A DNA stretch of 63,676 nucleotides, filler included, from Octopus bimaculoides (GCF_001194135.2; 9 parts of 8 records of this genome joined end to end with filler, not necessarily neighbours in it); one strand, 5' to 3'; numbered from the whole stretch's first letter, positions 1 through 13,800 are shown. Numbers and translations are program-made. Notes: generated from the sequence alone by a model not told the origin.

Positions 1-59
<59 letters not shown>

Positions 60-1061
60 ATATATATATATATACACACACACATACAAAAGATGGAGGT
101 GGAAAGTAAGTCTAAGACATTTCAATTTAAGAGAGAGTTTAATAAAAATGATTTTAAAAATTATATAAAGAAAATATTACTGGATTCGATGTATCTCATC
201 TTATCAAATATCAGTAAAATTTATAAAAATTAGAAGTATAAACAGTTTCTCTTCTGTCTGGGGGTCAAGGACATGTCTGGAGATTTTTCATTGAAGTCGT
301 TTTTAAATATAGTTTGGTATAGTGTTCAAAGTGCTAGAGAGTGAGGGAATGGGTGTCTATTGTCTAAAAGAAATCTTTGCATGTTCCTGCCAAGGAAGTG
401 GCTAAAAAAGCATTCATTGAATGGGTTTAAACAAGTAAATAGTATTTTCCTAAACAATACATCCACTTATTTCGGTTAGTGACTTATTCACGAATATACC
501 AACACTAACGCTGCTGAGGGTAATATTCTCTGGGAACGCACAAAAGCTCTTTTCAGAGTTATTTACTTTGAATTGCTATTATCTCATATCTGATTAGCCT
601 GTTATTACGTAACATGCTTCACGATTTTAGTATACATACCTTATTAGTATTTCCTCCTAAGTTCTATATACTCTGAAAATGCATTAAAGCCCTTTTCAGG
701 GCTACTTTATTTGAATTCTTACTATCAGGTAACTAATTTCATGTTATTACATAACTGACTTCACAATTTGGGTATTCGTAATTTATTGGGAATTCCTAAA
801 AACAAGATCCTGTGTAAAACAGTTCAGTATTTTCTGTAAATGCACAAAAACTGTTTTAAGGGCTGCATACTTTGTATTGTTGTGATTGGATTAGCGAAGC
901 ACTTATGAGAATGGAACTAAGGGATAAGCCTCGCTTTTCTGAGAATTACCGGGTACGTCAGCTAGTACATATGTGTGTGTGTGTGTGTGCGTGCGTGCGC
1001 ACGCATGTGTATGTGTGTGTACACACACATTGTTATACTTTTATTCTTTTACTTGTTTCAG

Positions 1062-1320
1062 TCATTTGACTCAGCCATGCTGGAGCACCACCTTTAGTCA
1101 AACAAATCACCCCCAAAACTTTTTCTTTGTAAGCTTAGTACTTTTTATTGGTCTCTTTTGCCGAACTGCTAATTTATGGGGATGTAAACACACCAGCATC
1201 AGTTGTCAAGTGATGGTTGGGGGACAAACATAAACACACAAACCCCCCCCCCCCACACGCACACACACACACAGACACATATATGACAGACTTCTTTTAG
1301 TTTCCAGTAGAAACCATGAG
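1062..1320 (-). mobile_element. SINE family A, partial (3' body)
   Basis: Shares gacaaccgatgctggtgtgttt / cggcaaaagagacc / gtgctccagcatgg blocks with the copies at 27317, 3312 and 57478. Confidence 0.75.
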
Positions 1321-1779
1321 AAAAACTCTCATAAATGCACACTTTTTTATATTGCTGTAGAGACTGCTTGCTATCTCTGGCAGTTGAATATCTACCATTG
1401 ATAAGACCAAGGAAGGTCAAAATCACATGATCTGTGGTCTTGGCATTGGAAGTGGCAGGGATATTTAAGTCCCCACTAGCAATAAAAACAAATGTGTATT
1501 TTACATGAAAAAGCCAATTAGAGAGTTTCTCTCATGGTAATTACCACAGTAACGATTTTTCTAGCAGAACATCCACATTTAAGTTGGGATAAATGAGAAA
1601 TATAGTTGTACAAGAGATGTACTGGGATCACAGACAGGAAAACAATGAATAAAGATTTTCCACGTGGCTGATGTACAGAAGTAGTTAGCAATCAGAGCAG
1701 TTGTAAAATAAATTCCTTTCAATGTTTGCAAGGCTCTGTAGAAGCGGTTGATGGCTTCTGTTACTTAAGCAACCTAATC

Positions 1780-2330
1780 AGCTGTAGAAGAAGGGGCTTT
1801 GAAAGCATAGTAACCAGAATGTAGATGGACAGTAAAGAGGAGTTCAGGGAGCTAATACTTCTGGTGGCAACAAGAAGATTCTGGTTTTGAGTGAAAGATA
1901 GATTGGACACTGATTGAATATAAAGTGCAATACTGCATGGTTGTGAGATGTGGGTGCTGAACATAGAGAGTGTGTGTTGGTTGGAAAGAAACGAAGCTTG
2001 CATGTTGTGTTGGATGTGCGTGCAATGTTAATTTGGATGAATGATATAGTACAGTTGTGCTGAGAGATAAACTAGTTATAAAAGGGATCGGTTGTAGTGT
2101 ATTAGAAGGAAGATTGTGTTGTTATGGACATGTGAGGCATTTTTAGATGATAACGAATGGGTCAAGAAATGTCAAGAGATCCAAGTAGAAAGGAACTGTG
2201 GAAAAAAGAAGACTATGGAAGACACGAGCAGAATTGGTAAAAGCTTTCTTCAGGATTTTGAAATCACAAAAAAGATTATAAAGGAATACAGCAAATGGCA
2301 AGATGCTGGGTTGGAAAAGACTATCTAACC
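1780..2330 (+). mobile_element. Highly degraded RTE LINE 3' coding remnant
   Basis: Broken frames resemble the RTE C-terminus (FRELxLL, LHGxExW, ERNEAxML, YGHV, WVKKC); same type as 42720-45920. Confidence 0.6.
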
Positions 2331-2673
2331 CATACAAACATGAAAATTCAGAAGATGACAATGACGACGACGATGATGACAACAATATTTCTGCATGCAT
2401 GCATGTGTATGTATATGCATTGCATGTCCATGTGTATACATGCATGTGTGTGTGTGTGTGTATACAGAGCATCTGTCTGAACAGTTATTGTCCTTTAAAT
2501 TTCTCTCCCAATGCATTTAGTCAACTAGAAGACACAAGAGAAGGTACATGCCTAAGGTACTGCCCACATGGTTTTGAGAAAAAACTTCTTAACCACACAA
2601 CTATAGTTGCACCTGTATTTCATTACATCCTTTGTTTTTACAATCTAGATGAGAGAATACTTTTGTCTTGTAG

Positions 2674-2731
2674 GTGTTGAAAGTAGAGGAAACATGGAGC
2701 AAATTACTCAGTACTCCTTCTAAATTTAGCT
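2674..2731 (+). CDS. Candidate 58-nt internal exon of an unidentified host gene
   Basis: cttttgtcttgtag acceptor and gtaagt donor; one open frame, VLKVEETWSKLLSTPSKFS. Confidence 0.3.
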
Positions 2732-3311
2732 GTAAGTGAAAATACTTGGTGGTACTTACTTCATAATATGCAAACTGTATTATGAAGAGGGTCATTCAGG
2801 TCTTTGATGGGGTGGAAGTACAGCACAGTACCACTGATTGTTATACAGATACTTGACCCCCTTTTTCTCTCTCACCAGCAATTTGGATTATTCAAGATAA
2901 AGACTTACATGGTTAGTATCGTTGCCTGGTCCCATTTCAGCTCTCGTTAAGCAGATCTCTGATCAAAGGCACTCCAGTTGTGACCATTTCATCTTTTTTT
3001 CATAGGCTAGTATATCTAAAACTAAGACAGCAGATTAAGTTATATTGTCAGGATATTGGATAGAATGCATTGCAGAATTTGTTCCAACACTCTATGCTCT
3101 GGGTTCAAATCCTGTCACAATCATCTTTGCTTACCTTTCATTTCTCACATATAAAAGAAATATTTGGAAGACTCGATATAATTTATGCTAATACTAAATA
3201 ATTTATGCTAATACTATCTATTGGTCTAGTCTAGTGGTTCTCAAACCTTTTCAGGCTGCTACCCCCTTAGCACTCAGGCCTCATTATCAGCACCAGCCTC
3301 TTTTGCCAAAC

Positions 3312-3575
3312 CACTAAGTTACGGGGACGTAAACACACCAGCATCGGTTGTCAAGCGATGTTGGGGGGACAAACACAGACACACAAACACACATATATAT
3401 GTATACATATACATATATACGACGGGCTTCTTTCAGTTTCCGTCTACCAAATCCACTCACAAGGCTTTGGTTGGCCTGAAGCTATAGAAGAAGACACTTG
3501 CCCAAGCTGCCACACAGTGGGACTGAACCCGGAATCACGTGGTTGGTAAGCAAGCTACTTACCACACACCATAAT
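3312..3575 (-). mobile_element. SINE family A (tRNA-related head), partial
   Basis: Reverse complement of the family A head and body seen at 27317-27720. Confidence 0.8.
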
Positions 3576-3808
3576 CCAATGCAATGTATGCTAGAAGGTC
3601 TACTAATCTAACAGAAGCCTCAAAGGACATTTTAAGATCCACAAAGATCAGACCTTAACTGCAGCTCTTGGTGGTCCAAGTTGGATATGCAATCTATGTG
3701 GGTGCCTTTTAAAAACATTGGCTGCTTTAAAAAGCCACATCAGATGCCATGATGGTTCTAAGGTGTAGGCACAGGAGGTGGTCAAACTCTACATAAGGAG
3801 TAGACAAC

Positions 3809-4010
3809 CATCATCATCATCATCATCATCATCGTTTAACGTCCGCTTTCCATGCTAGCATGGGTTGGACGATTTGACTGAGGACTGGTGAAACCGGATG
3901 GCAACACCAGGCTCCAGTCTGATTTGGCAGAGTTTCTACAGCTGGATGCCCTTCCTAACGCCAACCACTCAGAGAGTGTAGTGGGTGCTTTTACGTGTCA
4001 CCCGCACGAA
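3809..4010 (-). mobile_element. RTE LINE 3' tail (family E) ending in (GAT)n, running into a gap
   Basis: Near-identical to 28029-28330 and 6258-6690; the same 3' UTR motifs occur at the end of the RTE at 42720. Confidence 0.75.
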
Positions 4011-5194
4011 NNNNNNNNNNNNNNNNNNNNNNNNNNNNNNNNNNNNNNNNNNNNNNNNNNNNNNNNNNNNNNNNNNNNNNNNNNNNNNNNNNNNNNNNNN
4101 NNNNNNNNNNNNNNNNNNNNNNNNNNNNNNNNNNNNNNNNNNNNNNNNNNNNNNNNNNNNNNNNNNNNNNNNNNNNNNNNNNNNNNNNNNNNNNNNNNNN
4201 NNNNNNNNNNNNNNNNNNNNNNNNNNNNNNNNNNNNNNNNNNNNNNNNNNNNNNNNNNNNNNNNNNNNNNNNNNNNNNNNNNNNNNNNNNNNNNNNNNNN
4301 NNNNNNNNNNNNNNNNNNNNNNNNNNNNNNNNNNNNNNNNNNNNNNNNNNNNNNNNNNNNNNNNNNNNNNNNNCTTTAAAAAGCCACATCAGATGCCATG
4401 ATGGTTCTAAGGTGTAGGCACAGGAGGTGGTCAAACTCTACATAAGGAGTAGACAACCATCATATATATATATATAGTAAGCATATGAGTGGGTGCTGAA
4501 AAGTTCCTGGCTCTGGGTAAAATAAAATACAGGAGGATCAATTAATTATGATCTTATTCGAAATATTTCCCTCTTAGATTCAAATACTTATTGCAGCGTT
4601 CCTTCAGTTTTTCTAAGCTTTGTAAAAGAATTCAGAAGTTTGGACCTCCAACCAGGCCTTTTGCAATAACCTTAAAACCAGGAACTTTTCAGCACCCCCT
4701 CGTATGTATGTGTACATATGTATTTATATACACGTGTGTGTGTGCGTATATGTGTGCGTGTGCGTGTGCATGTGCGTGTGCGTATGTGTGTGCGTGTGCG
4801 TGTGTGTGTGTGTATGTGTGTGTGTGTGTGAGTGAATGTCTGTGTTTGTGTGTGTTTGTTCCATTCAGCCCATTTATATTAAAGTCACGATGTTGGTGCA
4901 GTGTTGTTGGCACTTCCGTCAATAAATTGTCTGCTTATTTCAAGGCCATGCAAAGTAGGAAAAGAAGCTTCACTTGTATAACAGGTAGAGGTTAGCATCA
5001 GTTTATTGTAAAACATATGCTTCTAACTTAAGTTGGCATGGAAAAATAAGTATAAGAACATCCATTGAACCAGCGACATAGAAGCATCTATGTATTTCTT
5101 TTGTCCATTTCTGCCTTCAAAGTATTTGTAATATGCACTGAATAGTTTAAATAGATTTTCTTCTCATAAGAACATCAAAGGCTTTCTACATAGC

Positions 5195-5248
<54 letters not shown>

Positions 5249-5314
5249 TACATGCATACATGCATATATGCATACTTACATACATACATACACATGTGTA
5301 CGTGTGTGTGTGTA

Positions 5315-5356
<42 letters not shown>

Positions 5357-5481
5357 AATGTTGAATGATGAAATGAGTGCTCAACACTGCATTGGTGGAT
5401 GTATGACCTTAATTCACAAATAAAGAATGTGTATATATACTTAAACACATGCGTGCATATGTATATAAACACACACGTACA

Positions 5482-5524
<43 letters not shown>

Positions 5525-5634
5525 GAAATAAAAGTATGCAGTTAACATATGTGTTTTACTCCATTCATTAAATTTATATATATGTATGTATATATGTGTG
5601 TATGTATGTATGTCTGTATGCATGTGTATCTATC

Positions 5635-5665
<31 letters not shown>

Positions 5666-5773
5666 GTATATATTCATATATACATACATATATATGTGTG
5701 TTTATATGAATGTATAAATATATATACGCATACATACATACATACATACACACACACATAGACATACACACAC

Positions 5774-5810
<37 letters not shown>

Positions 5811-6257
5811 GCTATCTAACTACCTCTCTCTCTATATATATATGTAAAAATGTATCATGTGTGTGTATGTGTGTGTGTCTGTATGTGTGTTATGTGTGTA
5901 TGAGTGTGTGGGTGAGACTGTATGCAGAAAGTGTTAGATGTTCTTATGAAGGGAAAAATTTTTTTAAATGCTCATTGTGTATAAGAAATACTCTCAAGAG
6001 GTAAATGGACAAAGGAAGGCATAGATGCTTCTTTGTTACAGGTTAAATGACAATTGCTAACTGAATTTCTAGGCGAATTCGCATTAATACATACATACAT
6101 ACATACATACATAAAAAAATAAAAATACCCTGTTGTTGATGTTGAAATTTCAATAAAGAGGCCTTGGATCAAGGTTAGAAACTGACTCTTTCTCTTTTGG
6201 CAAGAAATCTTGAAATAAAACTGAATAATGACATACATACATACATACATACATACA

Positions 6258-6690
6258 CCATCATCATCATCATCATCATCATTGTTTAATGTCCGCTTTC
6301 CATGCTAGCATGGGTTGGATGATTTGACTGAGGACTGGTGAAACCAGATGGCTACACCAGGCTCCAATCTGATTTGGCAGAGTTTCTATAGCTGGATGCC
6401 CATCCTAACGCCAACCACTCTGAGAGTGTAGTGGGTGTTTTTTACATGCCACTGGCACGAATGTCAGTCAGGCGGTACTGTCAACGGCCATGCTGAAAAT
6501 GGTGTATTTTACGTACCACCTGCACCGGAGCCAGTCCAGCAGCACTGGCAACGATCTCGCTCGAATGTCTTTACACGTGCCACCGGCACAAGTGCCAGGA
6601 AGGTGACGCTGGGCGCAGGTGCCATCACGATTTCGCTTTCGCTTGCCCCAACAGGTCTTCGCAAACCGAGTTTCGTGTCCAATGAAGGAG
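6258..6690 (-). mobile_element. RTE LINE 3' tail (family E)
   Basis: (CAT)n followed by gtttaatgtccgctttccatgctagcatggg..., matching the other copies. Confidence 0.75.
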
Positions 6691-7545
6691 ATCCATATAT
6701 ATACATACACACACATACATACATACACACACATACATACATACATACACACACATATACATACATACATACATACACACATACATACATACATGCATGC
6801 ATATATACGTGCATACATTTATAGCATGCATATATGCATACATATATATACATACATACATACATATATATAAACACTAAAGTACGCATATACAGCATAC
6901 ACATTCATGCACTTTCTCAACTTGCTTCTGTTGCCATATCAAGTTGGTTTTGATTATTACATTCATTAGTTAATTATAAAGAGAGAGAAAGAGAAGGAAA
7001 GAGAGAGAGAGAGAATGGGTGGAAAGATGGAGGAAAAGAGAGTGAAAGTGAGCGGGTCAGCTGATAAACTAAAGGCATGAAAGGCCATATAAAGTCATGC
7101 TTTTAGGAGTTGTATATCCACATACAAGCTCGCATATATAATGATTAATGGTGATGATGCTAATGAAATTTCTTGCAAAGAACAACTTATGAACATAGAG
7201 TATTTTACTAGATTTACTTGTTCCACTAGAAAGAGAGTATCAGTGATTTTTCTTCATTTCATAAAGTCAAACTATATCTCATCTAAGCTTATTCATTTCT
7301 TAATTAGTTTTGCTTGTCATTTTTTCAGTAACTTTCATAACCTGGTTCACCAAATTGATGCCTCTGCACTTACTTCTTTCTAGAGCATCTCCTTTAGCCT
7401 TGTAACAGTTGATAATAATATTGTTATGTTAGTCATTGCCTTCATATTCTTAACCCTTTTACTGCAGAATGTAGATATATCCGATATAGTGGTATTCCGT
7501 TACTCTTAACTGTGGAATGCAGTTTTATATCCCTTTTGCATTCAG

Positions 7546-7581
7546 ATTACTCTATGACAGGAGGTCATCTAACTACAGCCT
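7546..7581 (+). CDS. Candidate 36-nt phase-1 microexon
   Basis: ccttttgcattcag acceptor and gtaggc donor; reads (x)YSMTGGHLTTA. Confidence 0.2.
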
Positions 7582-7649
7582 GTAGGCTGGATCTGGTCTG
7601 CAAGGCCAGTTCATTCAGCCTGCTACCACGCTGTATCATTTGTGTTAAT

Positions 7650-7957
7650 ACCTGCAAGGAAATACCTAGCTAAGGATAAACCTCTGTACCTGGCTTTCGT
7701 TGACATGGAGAAAGCCTTTGACAGGGTCCCCCGATCCCTTATCTGGTGGTCAATGAGGAAACTTGGGATAGAAGAATGGTTAGTGAGAGCTGTGCGAGCC
7801 ATGTACAGAGATGCTGCCAGTAAGGTGAGGGTTGGAAATGAGTACAGCAATGAATTCCGGGTAGAGGTAGGGGTCCACCAAGGTTCCGTCCTCAGCCCCC
7901 TCTTATTTATCATAGTCCTCCAGGCAATCACAGAGGAGTTCAAGACAGGTTGCCCCT
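7650..7957 (+). mobile_element. RTE-clade LINE reverse transcriptase fragment
   Basis: YLAFVDMEKAFDRVPR and GVHQGSVLSPLLF RT motifs; truncated by a gap. Confidence 0.9.
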
Positions 7958-8632
7958 NNNNNNNNNNNNNNNNNNNNNNNNNNNNNNNNNNNNNNNNNNN
8001 NTTAATTAATTAANNNNNNNNNNNNNNNNNNNNNNNNNNNNNNNNNNNNNNNNNNNNCAAAGGCACTCATACACACAGAGACAGTTACACTCACCGCGCA
8101 CGCATGTAATACATCATCTAAATACACTCTTCATACCCATACACATACATACGCACACACGTACGTTTATACACCACGCACCCATACACACATACACACA
8201 TATACACACACACCCATGCACAATACTCATACACGTCTTTACACACACCCATACACAAACACATACACACATATATGTACCTCTATACACGCACATACAT
8301 ATACTTACACATACACAGATACTCAAGCATATCAATATATGCACGTACAGACATATATTGATGCATATGTGCACACATGAAGCTTTTGATTGTGCTTTTG
8401 GCGTTGTTCTTGTTTTGCCTGAGGCCACTTCCCCACTCCCAGACTCCCAGACTCCCCCGTGCGCCTTCTTTGACGAAGGTGTTAAATATTGTCTCATGCA
8501 GGTGTGTTTAATTGTCATCCACTCACCTATTGATTCAACAATTTCCTGTTCTACATCCATTCGGAACACAACACACAACATCCTCACGCGTCCTTGACAC
8601 ACATTTATATGTACAATGAGGTATATATATAT

Positions 8633-8664
<32 letters not shown>

Positions 8665-8845
8665 NNNNNNNNNNNNNNNNNNNNNNNNNNNNNNNNNNNN
8701 NNNNNNNNNNNNNNNNNNNNNNNNNNNNNNNNNNNNNNNNNNNNNNNNNNNNNNNNNNNNNNNNNNNNNNNNNNNNNNNNNNNNNNNNNNNNNNNNNNNN
8801 NNNNNNNNNNNNNNNNNNNNNNNNNNNNNNNNNNNNNNNNTATAT

Positions 8846-8876
<31 letters not shown>

Positions 8877-9244
8877 CAGAGAGAGAATGGAAGAAAGAGT
8901 GAGCAGGAATGAGAGAAAGAAAGAGTGGAAAGAAGAGTGAGAGAGAGAGACGGTGGAAGAGAGAAGGAAAGAGAGGATGAAGGAGAGGGACAACGACTGA
9001 GAGAAAGAGGTAGATAAATAGAGAGAGAAAGGAGGGAGGGGAAGGGAGAGAGGGAGGAAAAGAGAGAGAGTGGAAGGGAGAGAGAGTGAGAGAGAGAGAG
9101 AGAGTGAGAGCTAGCAAGTAGTTGCTTGACCTGACAGAAAGCTCAACCAAATCTCCCTCAAAACTTACCATTCAAGCTAATATCTAAACTCGCACACGTT
9201 TGCTGTTTTAATAGTTATCTCCTTTTGCTTACCCTCTTTCAGCC

Positions 9245-9420
9245 ATTGCACTGCGACCATGCTGGAGCACCACCTTAATTATTTTCATTCAGAAAAGTCA
9301 ACCCCAGTACTTATCTTTTGACTTCAAGTCTTGTACATATTCTATCGGTCTTTTTTCAACGTAAACAACGCATCAGCGGTTGTCAAAGAATGGCGGGGTA
9401 CAAACACAAGCACAAACACA
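9245..9420 (-). mobile_element. SINE family A 3' fragment
   Basis: gaccatgctggagcaccacc and catcagcggttgtcaa blocks. Confidence 0.6.
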
Positions 9421-9699
9421 GTCTTGGATGCTAAAGGCTCGTCAGAGACTATGTGTTCATGTAAGACTGGGCGGGCGATTGAATAAATCTAGCACCTACG
9501 AATTCAGAAGGCGATGATCTGCCAGAGCCCATAACCTCAAAGCCTCACGTCTGATATTCTTGAAGTTCATATTAATTGCTGGCCGGAGAAACGTATTCCG
9601 TTATGCAACCATCATATACGACCAAGCCACTAAATTCAACCTCTGTTTAAGCAATGTGTTCGTGGATGGTTAATGGGCGAGATGTGGTGCTGAAGAAGG

Positions 9700-10042
9700 A
9701 AGCTGAAACCTCCTTCGATCATGACTGACCATGGGATTGCACCTAGAAGGTTACCCTCCCAGGCACAAGTCCGGACAAGATTGTTTATGGAAGACCAGAA
9801 GTCGCCCATGCATACCATCCTCCCCTCTCCATGCCACCGATGTTATCCAAGGGAAAGGCAAAGGGGCCGATACAGCTTGGCACCTGTGACGTCGCAACTC
9901 ATTTCTACAGCTGAGTGAACTGGAGCAACGTGAAATAAAGTGTCTTGCTCAAGAACACAACATGTAGCCCGGTCCGGGATTCGAACTCACAACCTCGCGA
10001 TCGTAAGCTCGACGCTCTAGCCACTGAGTCATGCGCCTTCAC
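9700..10042 (-). mobile_element. Full-length tRNA-derived SINE (family C)
   Basis: Minus-strand head gtgaaggcgcatgactcagtggctagagc...gagttcgaatcccgg with Pol III A-box and B-box. Confidence 0.8.
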
Positions 10043-10748
10043 TTGAAGAAGGATAAAAATCTGAAATATGCATATACACTCGTTACCTAATTTTCTATCT
10101 TCAATCGCATTGTTTACGTAGACATATTAGTATATGAAATGCCATAACTTTCAGTGCTGGCTCTAATTTCTATGGAAAATCTATAGAGATAACGTTAAAA
10201 AGTCTTGGAGTTCCGTTAGTCCATCGGCTTGGACTGACACTTCAGTTATCGTCTCCGAAAGAACTGAGAGTGGAGAGTCATTACCAACGCCACAAGATAT
10301 TGTTTTCTATGTTCTAACGACTTTGCCAATTCGGTGTTAAGTAAAATCAAAGCACCACATCTTAAGAACCTTTAAATGGAATCAAATGTCTTCTTTCCGA
10401 AGTGTGTGTAAGAGAGAATTAGAAATGCCAGCGACAGTTCTGTCTGAAAGAGTATCGTTATACTTACAAGAACAATTAAGACCTACTCACGTCAAGGATG
10501 TACACATACAGTGCCTTACTCACACACACACACACACATAGACACAAGTATACATTCCTGTACACATCCATCCATCCAACCAACCATCCATCCATACATA
10601 TAAAGAAATGTATTTTCTTCCATTGCCAATTTATTTACAACACCAATTTTCATCAATCGCAATCAATACATACACACACAAATACAACAAACCAGAAATG
10701 ATATATTGTTATACACAGCGAGAGTTACATACGTTTATAAATAAGTAT

Positions 10749-10779
<31 letters not shown>

Positions 10780-10897
10780 CAAACACATATGTGCGTGTAT
10801 TTGTGCGCACGTGTATATATATATATATATATGTGTATGTATGTATATCACTAACGAATTAAAAGCATCGCAAGTGTTGAAAATATTAACACTCACC

Positions 10898-10965
10898 GTA
10901 GTGAGGGAGTCGTCCCCGCAGACGCTAGAGCGCAGCGAACCGGCAAACAAGCAAAGCATATACAT
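10898..10965 (-). other. Candidate 5' non-coding exon (CpG-rich, with gtgagt donor)
   Basis: Short CpG-rich unique segment ending cactacg|gtgagt on the minus strand. Confidence 0.25.
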
Positions 10966-11166
10966 TATGTGCAGTTAATAATATGCGCGCACGCACACAC
11001 ATAGACGTGTGTGTGCATATATATATATAGGCACACACACATACGCGTGTGAATGTGTGTATATATATATATTGGAGAATTTACAAAAAACAACAACAAC
11101 AGACGAGGACAGGTAGTGTAAACAACAAAAGGATGTATTAGTTTAACGCTCGGGAATAGAAAAGTA

Positions 11167-11200
11167 TTTAACGTTTCGAGCTACGCTCTTCAACAGAAAG
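11167..11200 (-). ncRNA. Minimal type I hammerhead-like motif (core CUGUUGA)
   Basis: uuu-CUGUUGA-a-GAGC(gua)GCUC-GAAACGUU-aaa; same family as 33704. Confidence 0.55.
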
Positions 11201-11761
11201 AAATAAGGAGAAGAACAAGGAGAAAAACACGGAGAAAAAAAATTTGAATGTTGTGGTCAGCGATCTATCATGGCGACTGCCGGACAGAAAGTTCACACAT
11301 GTATATCAGTGTGTGCACATCTATACATACATCCATATATATGAGGGTACCAAAAAGTAACGTATTTTCAAGCTAATAGTCTGAAGTCATAAACGGAAAG
11401 ACGGAGATTCTGAAGAACCCCACGTTAAATAGACTCTACCAGTAATTCAAATATTTAACCTTGTGACACTGTCTCACACGGATTTTACATAGGGAATGCG
11501 TGTCTGTGGAGTACTCAGCCACTTTGCACGTTGTTTAAATGAGTAAGTACAGTTAATTGAACAGCTGGAAGCTTCAAGTTTCGTGTCAGTTTCCTTGTCA
11601 GCTTCATTTTCACAATAAAATAGATTCTACTTTTAGTCATACCAGCAGTTGTTATCTTAAAACTTGCTCTAAAATAACATTATTTTACCATTTGTTTCTG
11701 TGACCGTGTGTGTATGTATGTGTGTGTGTTTGTGTGTGTGTTTGTGTGTGTGTTTGTGTGC

Positions 11762-11817
<56 letters not shown>

Positions 11818-12175
11818 NNNNNNNNNNNNNNNNNNNNNNNNNNNNNNNNNNNNNNNNNNNNNNNNNNNNNNNNNNNNNNNNNNNNNNNNNNNNNNNNNNN
11901 NNNNNNNNNNNNNNNNNNNNNNNNNNNNNNNNNNNNNNNNNNNNNNNNNNNNNNNNNNNNNNNNNNNNNNNNNNNNNNNNNNNNNNNNNNNNNNNNNNNN
12001 NNNNNNNNNNNNNNNNNNNNNNNNNNNNNNNNNNNNNNNNNNNNNNNNNNNNNNNNNNNNNNNNNNNNNNNNNNNNNNNNNNNNNNNNNNNNNNNNNNNN
12101 NNNNNNNNNNNNNNNNNNNNNNNNNNNNNNNNNNNNNNNNNNNNNNNNNNNNNNNNNNNNNNNNNNNNNNNNNNN

Positions 12176-12231
<56 letters not shown>

Positions 12232-12850
12232 TGCTACTATCAATGTGTACTGAAAAATCTCACGAATTTTGTAATGTAATTTTTGTAAATTTATTTTCAT
12301 ATCACATTTTGAATATATTCAAATTATATCTAAATTGATCATATTATATCATTATAATAAATTATTTATATTTATATTTCAATTACAATATAGTGTTCCA
12401 CTTAGTTTACATATTTCGGTACACACAGTATAGTGTACATAATAATAGTATAGGCACAGTAACCTACAAAACTACAACTACTACTACAACAACCACGACA
12501 GTAACAACAACAGCAAGAATAACAACTATAAACACTACACGAGTAGAAAGGTAATTCTTGAAGTTAACATAGAGATAGTGGAGGAAACGATTCCATGTAT
12601 TTTGCACATGAAGATATTGTCTTAGTAGTTTAGATGAAGTAATTATACATATATGTGCTCCAACATGACCACAGCCGCATAACTTAAAAGAGTAACAGAG
12701 AGTAAAAGAGAGTATATATATACATATATACATATAATAATAATAATAATATTAGGGACAAAATCCAAAATTACAGGTAAAAAACTCAATTAAAATCAAT
12801 TTATAAAAAATTAAAATTAAATTGAGCCTTATAGATAAAGTATATATAAA

Positions 12851-12932
<82 letters not shown>

Positions 12933-12983
12933 GTGCATGTGTGTGTGTGTGTGTCTGTGTGTGTGTGTTTGTGTAGTAAAAAG

Positions 12984-13310
12984 CCTGAAATTTTGGGCCA
13001 GTCGATTACATCAACCCCAGTACTTGACTGGTACTTATTTTATCGATACCGAGAGGATGGAAAGCAAAGTTGTCCTCGGCGGAATTTGAACTCAGAACGT
13101 AGCGACAAATGAAATACAGCTAAGCATTTCTAACGGTTCTGCCATCGCTCCGCCTTTGTTTGTATAGTAATAATTCTAGGGAAGGCACAAGACCCCCAAA
13201 TTTGGGGCAAGGGTTCAAGATGATTACATCGATCCCAGTGCGTAACTGGTACTTATTCAATCGATTTCGAAAGGATCGAAAGCAAAGTCGACCTCGGCGG
13301 AATTGTTTGT
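12984..13310 (-). mobile_element. Two tandem partial SINE family D copies
   Basis: Repeated cggcggaatttgaactcagaacg and actggtacttatt blocks. Confidence 0.75.
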
Positions 13311-13355
13311 GTAGTAATAATGAAGTGGAACCAAATAGGGATATTCTGAAGTCAT

Positions 13356-13430
13356 TTAATACGTACGTTTCAGATCTGCGTAATATATAATAGGAAATGC
13401 ATCCATTACGTAAGACCTTCCTCAGTTGAA
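13356..13430 (-). ncRNA. Type I hammerhead motif (CUGAGGA core, palindromic helix III)
   Basis: uucaa-CUGAGGA-AGGUCU...AGAUCU-GAA-ACGUACGU-A-uuaaa. Confidence 0.65.
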
Positions 13431-13454
13431 TCATTTCAAAATGATCTGAAATAC

Positions 13455-13532
13455 TTTCACTGAGGAATGTTTATTGTAATGGATACATTTCCTATTATAT
13501 ATATCGCGCAGACCTGAAACGTACGTATTAAA
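13455..13532 (+). ncRNA. Second, more degenerate hammerhead motif of the same palindrome
   Basis: CUGAGGA at 13460; AGACCU-GAAACGUACGUA at 13510-13527; the 5' strand of helix II is mutated. Confidence 0.45.
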
Positions 13533-13584
13533 TGATTGCAAAAGAGTGCTGTTTGGTTTGACTCGGTGCCAGTACAGAGTAGCC

Positions 13585-13800
13585 GATCTTGACTCCACTT
13601 ATGCAGATACTCTAACAATAATTTGGAGCGTGTGTGTATGTGTTTGTGTTGGTCTCCCACCGACGCTTGAGTACTGGTGTTGGTTTGTTTGCGTTCCCGT
13701 AACTTAGTGATCGGCAAAAGAGACCCATAGAATAACTATCAGGCTTTAAAAATAATTACTGCGGACGATTTGTTCGACTAAAACCTTCATGGCGATGCTC
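13585..13800 (+). mobile_element. SINE family A 3' part, degraded
   Basis: ccgtaacttag / cggcaaaagagacc / gctccatcat blocks. Confidence 0.6.

Larger units (their letters stand above)
13352..13535. repeat. Fold-back inverted repeat carrying two hammerhead motifs
   Basis: tcatttaatacgtacgtttcag...ctgaaacgtacgtattaaatga; the arms are about 75 bp. Confidence 0.85.

Noticed and set aside
3876-3900. CTGAGGA-ctggt-GAAAC in family E repeats (also near 6325 and 28085) resembling a hammerhead
   Set aside because: There is no helix II and no cleavage triplet or helix I, and it lies antisense to the LINE tail.
9688-9715. CTGAAGA...GAAAC at the SINE end
   Set aside because: Helix I and helix III cannot form.
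9965-10042. tRNA-like segments (also 29791-29865)
   Set aside because: They are SINE heads contiguous with repeat bodies, with no complete cloverleaf.
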